Part shown: one piece after another, positions 13,720 through 27,700 of the stretch | Position numbering within the stretch: position 1 is the stretch's first letter | Layout: every line of letters begins with the position of its first letter | NCBI RefSeq assembly: GCF_001194135.2 | Contig: NC_068997.1 | Coordinates: 26,961,396-27,021,090, forward strand | Direction: 5' to 3' | Source of the DNA: Octopus bimaculoides | Taxonomy: Eukaryota | Length of the DNA stretch: 59,695 nt | Translations under genes and position numbers: made by a program | The notes under the pieces: generated by a model | Databases searched by the model: none | Seen by the model: only the letters and a program-made list of their open reading frames with translations | What the model was told of the DNA's origin: nothing

Positions 13720-14451
13720 ATATTAGGGACAAAATCCAAATTACAGGTNNNNNNNNNNNNNNNNNNNNNNNNNNNNNNNNNNNNNNNNNNNNNNNNNNNN
13801 NNNNNNNNNNNNNNNNNNNNNNNNNNNNNNNNNNNNNNNNNNNNNNNNNNNNNNNNNNNNNNNNNNNNNNNNNNNNNNNNNNNNNNNNNNNNNNNNNNNN
13901 NNNNNNNNNNNNNNNNNNNNNNNNNNNNNNNNNNNNNNNNNNNNNNNNNNNNNNNNNNNNNNNNNNNNNNNNNNNNNNNNNNNNNNNNNNNNNNNNNNNN
14001 NNNNNNNNNNNNNNNNNNNNNNNNNNNNNNNNNNNNNNNNNNNNNNNNNNNNNNNNNNNNNNNNNNNNNNNNNNNNNNNNNNNNNNNNNNNNNNNNNNNN
14101 NNNNNNNNNNNNNNNNNNNNNNNNNNNNNNNNNNNNNNNNNNNNNNNNNNNNNNNNNNNNNNNNNNNNNNNNNNNNNNNNNNNNNNNNNNNNNNNNNNNN
14201 NNNNNNNNNNNNNNNNNNNNNNNNNNNNNNNNNNNNNNNNNNATATATATATATATATATATATGTATGTATATATATATGTATGTATGTATGTATGTAA
14301 GTATGTTTGATTATGGCTGTATTTATGTATGTATATATGTATAAATTAATGTATGTATATTTGCTATTATCAATGGTTCTCAATCTTATACAGCTTTGCA
14401 CCCCCCTTTCACCCAATACTTTTTTTTTTTATATAAATGTCCCCTTTCCAC

Positions 14452-14740
14452 CATTATCATCATCCTCATCATTTAATGTCCATGCTTTATGCTGGCATGA
14501 GTTGGAGAGTTTGACAAAATCTAAGGGTTCCGAAGACTGCTTTATGCTCCATCTGCTTTGTCATAGTTTCCACAGCTCGATGCTCTTCTTGAGGGCAACC
14601 ACATTACGGAATGCACTGGGTGCCTTTTTTGTGATGGTACCAGTACTAGTGAGGTCACCATGCAACCTGCAAGACTAAGAGACCCTTTGAGTGAGAGAAG
14701 CTGCTGTAGAAAGGGAGGTAGCTTTATGCAATGAGATGAT
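14452..14740 (-). mobile_element. RTE-tail-type SINE/LINE 3' end, family C
   Basis: (CAT)n-TTTAATGTCC...CCATGCT..CATG motif shared with 19375, 22720, 33763 and 55798. Confidence 0.65.
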
Positions 14741-14884
14741 GGGGTGGAGCTAGAGTATGAGAAAAGGGCCAGAATAAAACAGTTTCTTGCTGGAGAGGAA
14801 CTACACAACTACTCCCACTATAGAAGAGAGATGGGAGTGACTAGAATGGAGCTGAAAATAGATAAAATAGTGGTGACAAGGTGT

Positions 14885-15430
14885 AACACATGTCATATAG
14901 CACCTAATATGCATGTAACATGTCTCATATAGCACTTAATATGAATGTCATACATCTTATGTAGCACTTAATATATGTCACATGTTTTATGTAGCACTCA
15001 GTATATATATATTACATGTCTAATGTAGCACTCAATTGTGTAAATCATGTCTCATGTAATATTTAATGTGTCACATGACTCATGTAGCACTTAATATATC
15101 TGTCACAAGTAGAATGCACCATTTAATATATATGTATGTTATGTCTCATGCAATAGTTAATAAATGTGTGTGGCATATCTCATGTAGCATTTTATGTGTG
15201 CCACATCTTTTATGTACCACTCAATAGCACTTAACTATGTGAGTCATATGTTTTATATAGCACTTAGCATATGAAAAATCACATCTTATGTAGCATTTAA
15301 TATGTGTTGTGTTGTGCGTGCGTGTGTATGTGTATGGGTCACATGTGGTATATGACACTTAATGTGAGTGTGTTTTATGAACCACTATATATTTGTGTTT
15401 GTGTCACATGTTTGATGTAGCACTTAATAA
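14885..15430. repeat. Degenerate ~30-34 bp minisatellite downstream of the DHHC stop codon
   Basis: Repeated ACATGTCTCATGTAGCACTTAATATATGTC-like unit, more than a dozen copies. Confidence 0.8.
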
Positions 15431-15539
15431 ATATGTATGTGTGAGTGTGTGTGTAAATGTTTATGTGAGTGTGTGTGTGAGAGAGCATGCGTCGTTAGTA
15501 AAATGAAAATACTTAATGTATGAATGATCTCGAGTAGGA

Positions 15540-18500
15540 TTAGGCTGCAAAGGGGTCAGACGCGAAAGGTTGCTTTCCCTGTAAGAAATATGCAATGTTC
15601 AACAGCTTTTCAGTGGATGTCAAAACACTGTCAGATTTTTGGAAATACGTAGTGTTCCCTTGAGAGACTATGATAAACTGGAATCGGATCAACGTGAGAA
15701 TCCAAGCGAGGGAGAAGAGATCCATGGTGGAGAGGGTCAAGATCCAGATGTTGCTCCGTATCAATATGACAACCGTTTCAAGAACGGTGAAGTCTTTGTA
15801 AACATTAACACAATAGAGCAATGCAGTGAGGAGGAAGAAACTCAGACTGGCTGCACAGCAAATAAGGAACCACACAAACAATGTGTGGTTATTCTTCGCA
15901 ACACACTTCAGCAGAAAGAGGCAATGATGGTCCATATTTTGGAAGCATGTCACACAGAGGCGGCAATGTTTCACTCGAGGACTTCGCACAATCTAGAAAA
16001 TGAAAGAAAATTATTAAAATTAAAATATCTATTAGACAAGCATTGTATAATGAAAATTCTATATTATTATTATCATTACTATTATTATTTTTTACTTTTA
16101 ACCTGCATGTTTGTTACAGCCATTTGCTAAGACACACCCAGCATCCTGGGGCGAATAAAGGATAAGAGACGTTACAGTATGACTGAAAGTTCGGGGAGGG
16201 GAAGTAGCAAAATATCTTCATTTAATACAACACAGACATTTGAATGGATAGGGTTTTTCTAAGGATGTGGGCAGTACTTGTCAGTACAATCCTTTGGTTT
16301 TATCTGAGACATGGTTACCCTGGGATATTATCTAGATGTTTCTGACATCCCTTTTTATCATACCTCTTTTTAAGATGCCACAGATTTTGTATTTCAATTT
16401 CTGGGTCCTTATATAAACACAAGTTTATGAGTGGTTTTCATGCTTTAAGAATGGTCACTTGTCACTTGAGGACCATGGACCTCCTGAATGAATGAAAATT
16501 CATGAACTGAACTTGGACAACTGTCACCGAATGACTGACGAACTTGCTGATATGATTGGTGTGTCCTGGAGCTCCTGCCAGCAAACTTTGAATGAAGAAT
16601 TGTGAATGAAAAGAGTTGCAGCAAAGTTTTCTACCTCTCTTGCTCACAGAAGATCAAAAACAGTCACGACTAAATGCGTATCGTGGACTGAAAGAACAGT
16701 TTGAAATTGATCCAGGCCTTTTTTGAAGGTCATCACTGGTGATGAAAGCTAGAACTATGGTATTTGCAGATGTAGAAGAGGTGAAGAGAAAAAATGACAG
16801 AGGTGTTAAAAGGTATCACTTGGCAAGAGTTCCAAGACTGCTTCAAACAGTGGAAAACACACCTGGACCGATGCATTGCTTCAAATGGAGAATACTTTGA
16901 AGGTGATAAAAGTGTAAACATGTAAATCTAAGTGAATAAAATAATATTGCAAAATTCCAGTTTCTTTTGAGTATCCCCTCATATATACGAAAGTGTGTGT
17001 ATGTGTGTATCAAATAATTTTTACAATGTAAATAGTGAAAAAAAAAACAAAACAAAACAAACTTTATATACACTTTAAATTAGTATAAAAATCAAAGATA
17101 TACTTGACTTACTTCACACTCTTCACAAAATATTTCGACTTTCAATGGTGGGACACACAGATCTTTTAGTGTATAAGGGCAATTAGTGCCATCTTTAGAC
17201 AGGGAGTACCGGATTGTACCTGAAGAATAAATAATAAAATGATGGATACCAGAAAATTTGAAAAAAAATTGAAAAATACCAGGACCTGGTCAGAGAGATT
17301 GTGGAACACAAATGTGATAATAGTTCCTGTGGTAATTGGAGCATTTGGCACAACACTCAAACTGATACCTAAGGGACTAAAGGATATTGGAATTGAGGCA
17401 TGCACTATCAACCTGCAGAAAAGTGCAATCTTGTATTCTGCAAGAATTCTAAGAAAGATTCTTGAGATTTGAGGATACTTGTTGTCATCAAACCACACAT
17501 CAAGATAGCATCCTGCCTAAAAAAAAATTTACAACAACAACAGCAACAACAATGATGGATTCTCCCAATCGAAGATGACATAAGAATGTTCAGCTTTTGT
17601 TGAACGACCTGTACAAATGATTTGTTTATAGTGATTAAATGCAGGTGCATAATATTTTCTACAACAGGTACAAGGTCTGAAATTTTGTGGGAGGGAGCTA
17701 ATCAATTACATCAACCCTGATGTATTTATTATATCAACCCTGAAAAGATGAAAGGCAAAGTCATCTTTGGCATTTGAACTCAGAATATAGAGACAAAGTA
17801 GCGGTGGCAGTGATGGTGACAATGATTTCAAATTCTGGCACAAGGCTAGCAATTTTGGAGGAGAGGGTACATCAATTACATCAACCCCAGTGCTCAACTG
17901 GTACTTATTTTATTGACTTCAAAAGGATGAAAGGCAAAGTCAACATTAATGGTATTTGAACTCAGACCATAAAGATAGATGAAATACATTCTAATCACGT
18001 GTCCAGAGTACTGGAGCTATGACCTCTCAATGTAGAGTGGTGGCTCAACCTGGAGAGACTCCCTGATCTCTGAGCTATACATTCTGTCAACGAACCCCAT
18101 TTCAGTTGCTGGCATTCATAACTGTACTCTTTTAGTCATTACCCAACGTTTGTGACCATATGTGAGGGTAGGCATAAAATTATTTCTATCAATATGTGAT
18201 GATAACCACCATATCACATGACCAGAATCTGGATCTCGTAATGACAATCATGAAATCATCTCTATTAATGTGTAATGCCAGCCATCACATCATCTGGATA
18301 TGGATCCTGCAAAGACAAATTTATAATATTTGCTTTGAATACAAGAAATGTAATATACCTACCAGGATCAGTCCTCAGCATTTTCCAGTATAAATACAAT
18401 AAAAGTGTCGTCAAAAATGGGGAAAGACAATGCAAAAATATATAATCTCTGGTATCTGAAAGTTAAATTAAGGAATAGTAGGATATCTAAGTCAATGTCA

Positions 18501-21500
18501 TCACAAAACATGTATTCATGATTGTAAATTAAGATGGGAATAATGCTAGCATCAGTGGACATGGTTGTTGATGTTGTTTAACCTCAGGTCATGCCTTGTT
18601 GAGCAGAAGTGACCATTCTGTAATTTAATGTGCTTGTTCTGTTTTTAATGGCAAAAGAGGGTAAGCTGAAAAAGATTTGGCTGCTTTTTCTAGCAGGTCA
18701 AGTGACGCTTCTCCCATAAGTTCATGAATCAATGTGATGGTGCAAGCAACAGACTATTATATGTCTTTGTTCTTCCTTTTCTGTGATTACATGGGTTAGA
18801 TGAAATTTGTTGAGGCAAATTTTCTATGGCCAGATGCCCTATTGGTCACCAACCCTCACTTATTTCCAAGCAAAGTAATATTTTCCCATGGCTCAACATG
18901 TTTTACACAGAAGACTGGAAACGAACAACACTGCTTGTATGACAGTGATGCTTGTTTACAACAATAACCTGCTGTCATGACATGGGTACACACTCATAAA
19001 TACATAGATAGATAAACAGATAGACAGACAGACTGATAGATAGATAGGTAGATAGATACACACACACATATATAACGGGCTCCTTTTTGTTTCCATCAAC
19101 CAAAACTACACAAAGCTTTGGTCAGTCTAGGGCTATAGAAGAGAAGTGGCCAAAGTGCCATGCATTGGGACTGAACCCAAGACCACATGGTTGGGAAGCA
19201 AACTTCTTAACTACACAGCCACACAAGATTTGATTGCTATTTGTAGCAGGTCAATCTACTCAAGTAGCAATGAGGCAATACAAACTGTGGACTCATGGAA
19301 CATTTGAGCTATAATATCAGCTATATGTGTATATATATATATATATATACATACACACACACACACATACATGCATACATCATCATCATCATCATCATTT
19401 AAGGTCCATTTCCCATGCTGGCATGGGTTGGATGGTTTGACTACAGCTGGCAAGTTAGAAAGCTGCACCAACTTCTAGTCAGATTTGGCTTATATATAAA
19501 TGAGTAGTATAAGGTGTGGATTCAGAAAATTGTGTGGCTATCACAGAAAGTTCTTATGGATTCGGCTAACAGACTACATAATAATCAATTACAAAAGAGT
19601 GTAATGTAGTGTCCATATAATGGAAAATCTAGATGTTCTAGTGATTTGATGAACTAGCTTTCTTTATTTACATTAATTTGTGAATACATAATTGTATTGT
19701 ATAATGTTGAGCATACATACTGATTTCAAATTTTGGCACAAGGCCAGCAATTTTGGTGAAGTGGGTAAGTTAATTACATTGACCCCAAAAGAATGAAAGG
19801 CAAAGTCAACCTTGGTGGTCATGCTGGGCATATATATCAACCCAAACAAGAACGCATAATTTCTGCCATACTGAAATTAATAATACATGAATAAGGTTGT
19901 GAAACAACCATGATCCTATGAAAGGCAGGTGGTTAAATATATATATATGTTCTTCTCTCATTATCACCTGACTTAATGGTTTTACACACACACATGCATC
20001 AACTTTAGTGTCCTTTGGAATTGAGTTCAAATCATGATTTTGTGTTTTTATTTTTTTTTATACTGATTTGACAAAGGAAATACTATTGGTTGTTACTGTT
20101 TAGCTCTGAATAAGCCCTGAACTGAGAAAACATGTGATGAAACATATCCCAATCATTCCATCTTATTTCCAACATAGTGTTCTTCAGATTACATCTGCCA
20201 ATATGTTCTTTCTGTTCTTAAAACCTCAGGAGCTCTTTCAAGCCAAAGAAAATGACAACTATTGCAAGAAATATCAGCCAAATCTCCATTAAATCTCATC
20301 TTACCAATAAAAACAAAGGAAAAAAAACCTTTGGATAAATGTAGTCCTGGATATACTAAGATGAAATTATCATGGCTAAACGACTCTGATCACAGGTCTG
20401 CTTGATGAGGGTTGACCTGGAGTTAAACAAATACAACAGGATTTATTGTTGTTGTTTAGTACTAATCAATTTTGATCAAGCAGATCTATGCTTTACGTCA
20501 TTCCAACTTCGACCATCCTGCTTTTAAAGGGGTATGTATTTTTTCTGTGTATGTGATGATGTTTTAGCAATGCTGTTTTGGCATCATTGATTCAACACTA
20601 ACTTATTTGGACGTTTTAATGACCCTCTTGCTTTTCCCCCCACCTCTATCTCTCTCTCTCTTTATGTGAGTATATCAATTTGATTCAAATATCTATGTGA
20701 CACAAAATTTTGGTCATTGCTTCCCCAGCCACAAAGATTATTGCACGCCCCTGATTTATCCTGGCTTTGATTTAATTTAATCCATGAACTCCTACTCAGA
20801 TGATAATTTAATTGACTTATAAATTCATTGTGGAATAGTTTTATTATAACCACCTTAGTAATTTGCTTAGGAAAGGCCTTATGAATTTTCTCTTATATAT
20901 TAAAGTACCCCACTTTTAAGGTTTAAGTTTAATTATCTAAACTTTTTCCTTTATATTGTTCTAAAATTATTTTCTAAATTTTTTAATGCATTTGTGTGTG
21001 TGTGCACGCATGCATCAAAAAATATTGTTGCCAAAAAAGGTTGAATGTCTAACCAGCCATGCAAAATTCTGGGCATCCAAACAGCTATCCCATTTGACTT
21101 ATTCCAACATTTTCTCAAGTGCCCATTCCTTATTTAAATTTATAGGATGAGATTTGGGGAAATTTGGCTGCTATTTCTAACAGATTGAGTGGCCCCTTTA
21201 AAGGCACAACTAAGAATGAATATGAGAAACAGAGAGCAAAGCAAACATGGGAGATAATTGTGGTACCAAAAAAGGATACTTGGTAATAAAATCAAAAAGT
21301 AGGTAAATATTGAATAAAGGAGACCAGCTGAAAACATCCCAGCATAAACAGGGTTCGGCCATCTGAGAAAACAAATGGACAAAATAATATTAACCATTTT
21401 GTTATTACTATATTTCTGTGGAAATATACTGTGTTAATTTCGATTAATTTTAAAAATAAAGTCTAATTTACTAAAATAGATGTCATAATGTTGCTGGTGT

Positions 21501-23628
21501 TTTGAACATAAATTAGCTTGAAATTTTGATGGAAAGTTATAATTTAGATAATTTTAAAACAAGGACCAAAACTGGTCACAGGTAGGCAAGTATCAAAAAG
21601 GTTAAAGAACAATAAAAAAAAAAACACATTGAAATAAGTACTGACAAAGTGATAACACACTCACACACACAAACACATCACCACCACCACTCTCCCCCTC
21701 CTTTTAATGTCCACTTCCCCATGCTCCCATGGGTCAGATGAAATTTGATGAAGCAGATTTTCTATGACCAGATGCCCTTCCTGCCACACCGTTACCTGTT
21801 TCCAAGCAAGGTAATATTTCCCCAAGGTCAAACATGTTTTTTACAGAAGTTTGCAAAGGCACAACTCTGCTTGAATGGCAATGGTACTCATTTACAACCA
21901 GCATGTGATGTCAAAACAAGAGTACAGACAAATACACACACACACAATGCCCATTTCTTCCTCTTCCAGTCCTTTCAGCATGTGGTGACCATTCAATTTA
22001 GGCACACTTATTCTTTTCTCTTTATTTTTCTCTCCCCTCATCTACCCTTTCTGTACAAGAGCACAGGCTCAAAACATTAAACACTTCTTCCAATTTTTCT
22101 GAGCATTAATCATAATACACCCAGTTTGTTTTGTTTTTTTACACCTCTGCCAGCTCATTGCCTTAACCCTTTAGCATTCAAATTAAATTGCATTACAATT
22201 CTTATTTATTGACTCTGTTTTGAATTAATCAGCCATAATCTTGAACCTTTGAGATTTTGATGATGTGATTGTATATTTTTTTAATGACATTCATTGTACC
22301 ACAGGTGTGAGAGACCCAATCTAGTTGGTTTGAACATAAAACAGGTAGAATATTTTGGCTGGTTTAAATACTAAAGGGTTAAATATGAGACATGATATCG
22401 ACTTACTTGCATACATGATTCATTCTGTGTGAATGTTTCCTGAGAAGAAATAGAAAGTAGAGGAGAGCAAAGATGGCAACAGCGCCTTGGTACTGGTCTC
22501 CTGTCATATGTGCAATAACAAGCATACTGGTATAGACAAGGCAGGGCTGTAGTAGTTGAAGCCACCAGATAAACAATGGACTTGGAGGTTTCTGGTTACT
22601 TTTTTTTGAAGACATATATGACAGGAGAGACACCAGCTGTTTATGGCTGCAAATGGAGAAAGAATGGAGATCGTTAAATTTATTTAATGATTGAGAAAGA
22701 GAGAGAGAGAGAACTGACAAATATCATCATCATCATTTAATGTCTGTTTTCCATGGGTTGGATGGCTTGACAGGAACTAGCAAGGCCAGGGGCTGCACCA
22801 GGTTCCATAATCTGTTTTGGCCTGGTTTCTACAACTGGATTCCCTTCCTAATGCCAATCACTCCTCAGAATGTACTGGGTGCTTTTTACACAGCACCATC
22901 ATCAGTGCTTTATACATGGTACCAGCACTACCGCTTTTTATGTAGCACCTTAGTTTTAGGATCTCAATTCAATTGACAAACATCCAGTTACATAAATGTC
23001 TACTGACTTGTGTTGCAGATGAGGAGTATTATGATGAAGTATTTGATATGGAAAGACACATAGTATAAGGTAGTGCTAGATGCATTGGCTGAGAAACTAA
23101 GACAAGATGGTCATAGGTGGAATGCCTTTGATAAAAAGGCTGCTTCATTAAAACTAAACAACAAAAAAGAAAAATTATGCTTACTCGCTCTTCTTTTTTG
23201 GATTTTCAAGAACCAGGTCTAGTGGCGTCATATTCTGTTTGTTTTTCATGTGTAACAGACTACAATCCCCAACATTCAACAAAATCCAAGAGATATGGCT
23301 AAAACCTTCCTTTGCAGTTAGGTGTAGCACTGTATTTCCATCGACATCTTTCTGGAAAACATCAGAACGCTGTGGACAAACAAACAAGTCATTTAATAAA
23401 ATGTCAAATACATTTATTATAAAGATAAAAATGGAATATATTACATATAGTTCAAGTGATAATATATATGCAGGCGTGGTTGTGTGGTAAGAAGCTTGCT
23501 TCCCAACCACATGGTTCTGGGTTCAGTCCTGCTGCATGGCACCTTGGGCAAGTGTTTTCTACTATAGCCTTGGGCCAACCAAAGCCTTGTGAGTGGATTT
23601 GGTAGTCAGAAACTGAAAGAAGCCCAGC

Positions 23629-23690
<62 letters not shown>

Positions 23691-24729
23691 GTGTGTGTGT
23701 CATTCTGTCTGTGTTTGTCCTTCCTGCTATCGCTTGACAACCGATGTTGGTGTGTTTATGTCCCCAAAATTTAGTGGTTCAGCAAAAGAGACTGACAACA
23801 TCCAGATAAACCAATATCAGTAACTTTGGCCTGTGTATTTATACCTTGCATCCAGTATGGGGGGATGTAAGGTAGATAACTCTACTTACTCCAACTAAAA
23901 ATACAAACTGTCTCCCAACACGAGCCACCTTGTTGTCACTTGCCCTACAAGAAATAACAGCCAAATCCATCTCAAATCACAATGTAGAGTCTTACAAGAG
24001 ATACATCCAATAATGCAATCCCAGGTATATTATTGTTAAAAGAAAGAAAGGATTGTCAAAACTGTAATATCTTGGATTACAGGTTTGCTTGAACAGCGCT
24101 GACCTAGAGGCAGTGGTTTTGTCTGTAGCTTTTGCAAGTTGTTCAAGATGTGTGAGATTGGTGTGATTAATCTAATTAAATAGTTGAAAGTCAACAGCTG
24201 TATGTAAAACATAAATGAGAAAGGACAGGGCGTAGTGAGGCTAAACAACAATGGCAACAGCTATTATTTTTTTTTTTGTGGTTTCTATTTTGAAAAAAAA
24301 AAAAAAATCACTACAAATAGCAGGAATTAATATAAAATAGCAATTCCTTATATGAGAATTGCTATTTGGCCATAAATTTGGAATGATGGAGATGGGCAGC
24401 TATATCACACCAGTGCTTAACACGCACTTACTTTATCAACTAAGTAAGGACGGAAGATAAAGTTGGCCTTGCAGAGATTTTGACTCAGTATGTAAATGCA
24501 AATAAATACTGTAAAGCATTATTTTTACTATCATTCCACAGATTCGGCAATTCTACTGTCCTTAAAATGGTAAAAAACAANNNNNNNNNNNNNNNNNNNN
24601 NNNNNNNNNNNNNNNNNNNNNNNNNNNNNNNNNNNNNNNNNNNNNNNNNNNNNNNNNNNNNNNNNNNNNNNNNNNNNNNNNNNNNNNNNNNNNNNNNNNN
24701 NNNNNNNNNNNNNNNNNNNNNNNNNNNNN

Positions 24730-24765
<36 letters not shown>

Positions 24766-27700
24766 AAAGCATTAGAAAAACCTGATTTTTGGTGAGATAT
24801 TTCAAAGCTTCTAAGTGACCCATTTGGCAGACAATATGGAGTGGAGTCTGGAGGTTGTTGTCCATTGCTTGAAGACTCAAATTATGGACACTGTTGAGGT
24901 AATGGAGAACACACCTACAAGAGACAGTAAAGAAAACACAGTAACAACAAGGTCAGCTCAATAAAGGTTAACACAGGGCTAAACAACATTATATTTGATC
25001 TGTAAGCACCTATCCAACTGCTAAACTAAAGAAATATATGTATGCATGAATAGATGGATGGATGGGTGGAATAAAAAAGATATATATATGTCCTGTTGTA
25101 TTGCACATATAGCCTGCTTTTTAGAAAAGATACACTGCATCCTTGAATGTAATAAGAAAACACTAGACTGTCAACAACCCAGTCTACTGAGCTGTATGTA
25201 GGTACTATATGTGACATATTTCACTGTCAGGACCTGTCCCTTCTACAAGAAGTGGAAGAGTATATGCTCCAGCGTAATCAGTCAGTGCTCAGAACAAGGC
25301 ATGATAGTCAAGCAATAGCAGATAATGGACATGATATACATGTTAGTCACCTCTGCCTGACCTTTCAGGGATAGCTTTCTCTCAGCCCATTTCTAGGTGA
25401 AAGTAGTCACCCTGCTCATTACCTCATCCCAGTTTTTGTCCATCTGGAGGTTGAGCCTGAACCAGACCCTGATCAATTTAACTGGTCTGTCTGTCCAGCA
25501 TCCAACAATGCAGTCAGATGGCATGCACTTGCTTCTCCAGGTGCAGAGCCGCAAGCCCACTGATTTTCCCTGGTTAATCTTTGCTCCTGAAATCACCTCA
25601 TAGTCTCTGAGAGTGGGGTCGGTCATCAGCACATGCTGACATGCATCTCCCACATCTTAGGTCACATGGGATACCTCTCAATGCCTCCAGTTTGTGTAGT
25701 AGTGGCTCAAGAGTCAGTACATACAAGAGAGATGAGAGGGGACAACCTTGTTGGACCGAGCACATAGTGTTGAACGGTTCTGAGAGGTAACTGTTCACTC
25801 TGGCCACTGAACAGATGTCGATGTGCATTGCAGTGATCCAGCCCTTCAATACAGGCCCAAAACTAGCTATCTTGAGGTATAGATGGTTGACCCTATCGAA
25901 AGCTTTAGACAGATCTAAATTGATCAGGACCCCACCCATGCCAGGTTCTTTAGCCACTTTCTCAATGATGTATTGCATGAGGTAGGATGGATCTTTTCAT
26001 GATGACGTATGTCTGTGCCTCCCCTACCAGATCCCCGACAACAAGCGCCAACCTTGTAGCTAACACGTTCGCCAAAATTTTGAACCCTGCATTCAGCAGT
26101 TGTCAATACAATCCCCTTTGTTTGGGTCTTTCCTCAGCAACACCACTGCTCCTCGGTTCACAAAACTAGGAATTCTCTCATTCTGTTGCTGGTTACAGTA
26201 AACGTTTGCTAAGAGGTTGCTGAACAAGTCTGGCATGTAAATGTAAAGCTCGTAGGGCAGACCATCCAAACCAGGCAATTTACCCCTCAATGGTTTCAAA
26301 TTTTAGCAGAAGGCCAGCAATTTCAGGGAGAGGATAAGTCAATTTCATCAACCCCAGTGTTCAACTGGTACTTATTTTACCAAGCGGATGAAAGGTGGAA
26401 TTTGAACTTAGAATGATAATAATCCTTTCTACTAAAGGCACAAGGCCTGAAATGTTGGGGGAGGAGACTAGTCGATTACATCAACACCAGTGGCACTTAA
26501 TTCATTTACTCCAAAAGGATGAAATGCAAAGTCGACCTTGGTGGAATTTGAACTCAGAATAATAATAATAATAATCATAATACAGTATTATAAGTGCAGT
26601 AAAAAACAAAAATGTCATACGCACACACTTCCACTTTGTGCAGCATGGTGCACAACTGAACGTCCTTGCTTGTCTGTCAGCTGGATGTCTGCATTATGTT
26701 GTAACATTAGGTGTACATTGGACGCAATTCCACGACGGCACACATAGTGCAGAGGTGTTTCATCAAAGTCATTGCACATGTTTGGGTCAGCACCTGCCTC
26801 CAAAAGTAGGTAGATTATAGTCCAGTCACCTCCAAGAGATGCCTTGTGCAACGGTGTCTGAGAATGCCAACCTGGAAACAGAACAAAAAGTGAAAATTTA
26901 AATCATTGTTTAAATAAATAAATTATGATGAATACATGCCCATTGCTAAGGGGGTGCACTAGAAAGTACTGCTCCCTCAGTATTCAGTGGTGCACCCTTA
27001 GATTTACAGTAATACACTTATTATGAAATTCCGCTTGAGTATTACGATAAATTAGTGTTCCACCCAGAATATTTTGAAGCACCCCCAGGTACCAGAATCT
27101 AGCAATGGGCCTAGATGAATAAAGATTTTGTAATTTCAGTTCTAGTTTCTTCTTTCACTAGTTTCAGTAATAGTAGGACACTTCCACAAAGAGTTCCGTC
27201 AATCATATAAATCCTAATTTCAGTTTAGTAGTTATTTTATCACCTGTTATTCTTTGAACTGCAAAGGTGCAGTATACAACATATGTGCAGACATAGACAC
27301 ACAAACATTCTACAAGGGCGTTTAGCCTCTTTCTATTTATCATAGACTCTCAGGCCATAACAGAGGAGTTTAAGGCTGGTTTCTCATGGAAACAACAACA
27401 TATTGATGACTTCATTCTTAAAGCTGAGTTTATAGGAGCTATTAGAGAAGAAATTCCAGATATAGAAGCAAAACTGGTAAGAGTTAGCAATGAGAAGGAC
27501 ATACAATGGTAAAAATATTACCCCAATAATATGCATACATACAATGTACACTAGCACGGGAAAACATACAAAACAAATGAATGAAAGTTACCACTGCATA
27601 ACAAAATTTTTATTTCTTTGTGTTTGTCAGTAAGTGTTATTTCCTATTTGCTTCTATCTAGAAATCAAAGGAAAAGACTACTTTGCTTTTGTGACCTGAA

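Noticed and set aside
18180-18310. Acceptor-like GCAG at 18307 as DHHC exon 8
   Set aside because: Stops occur in all frames and the sequence is an RTE fragment. The true exon 8 is 17113-17219.
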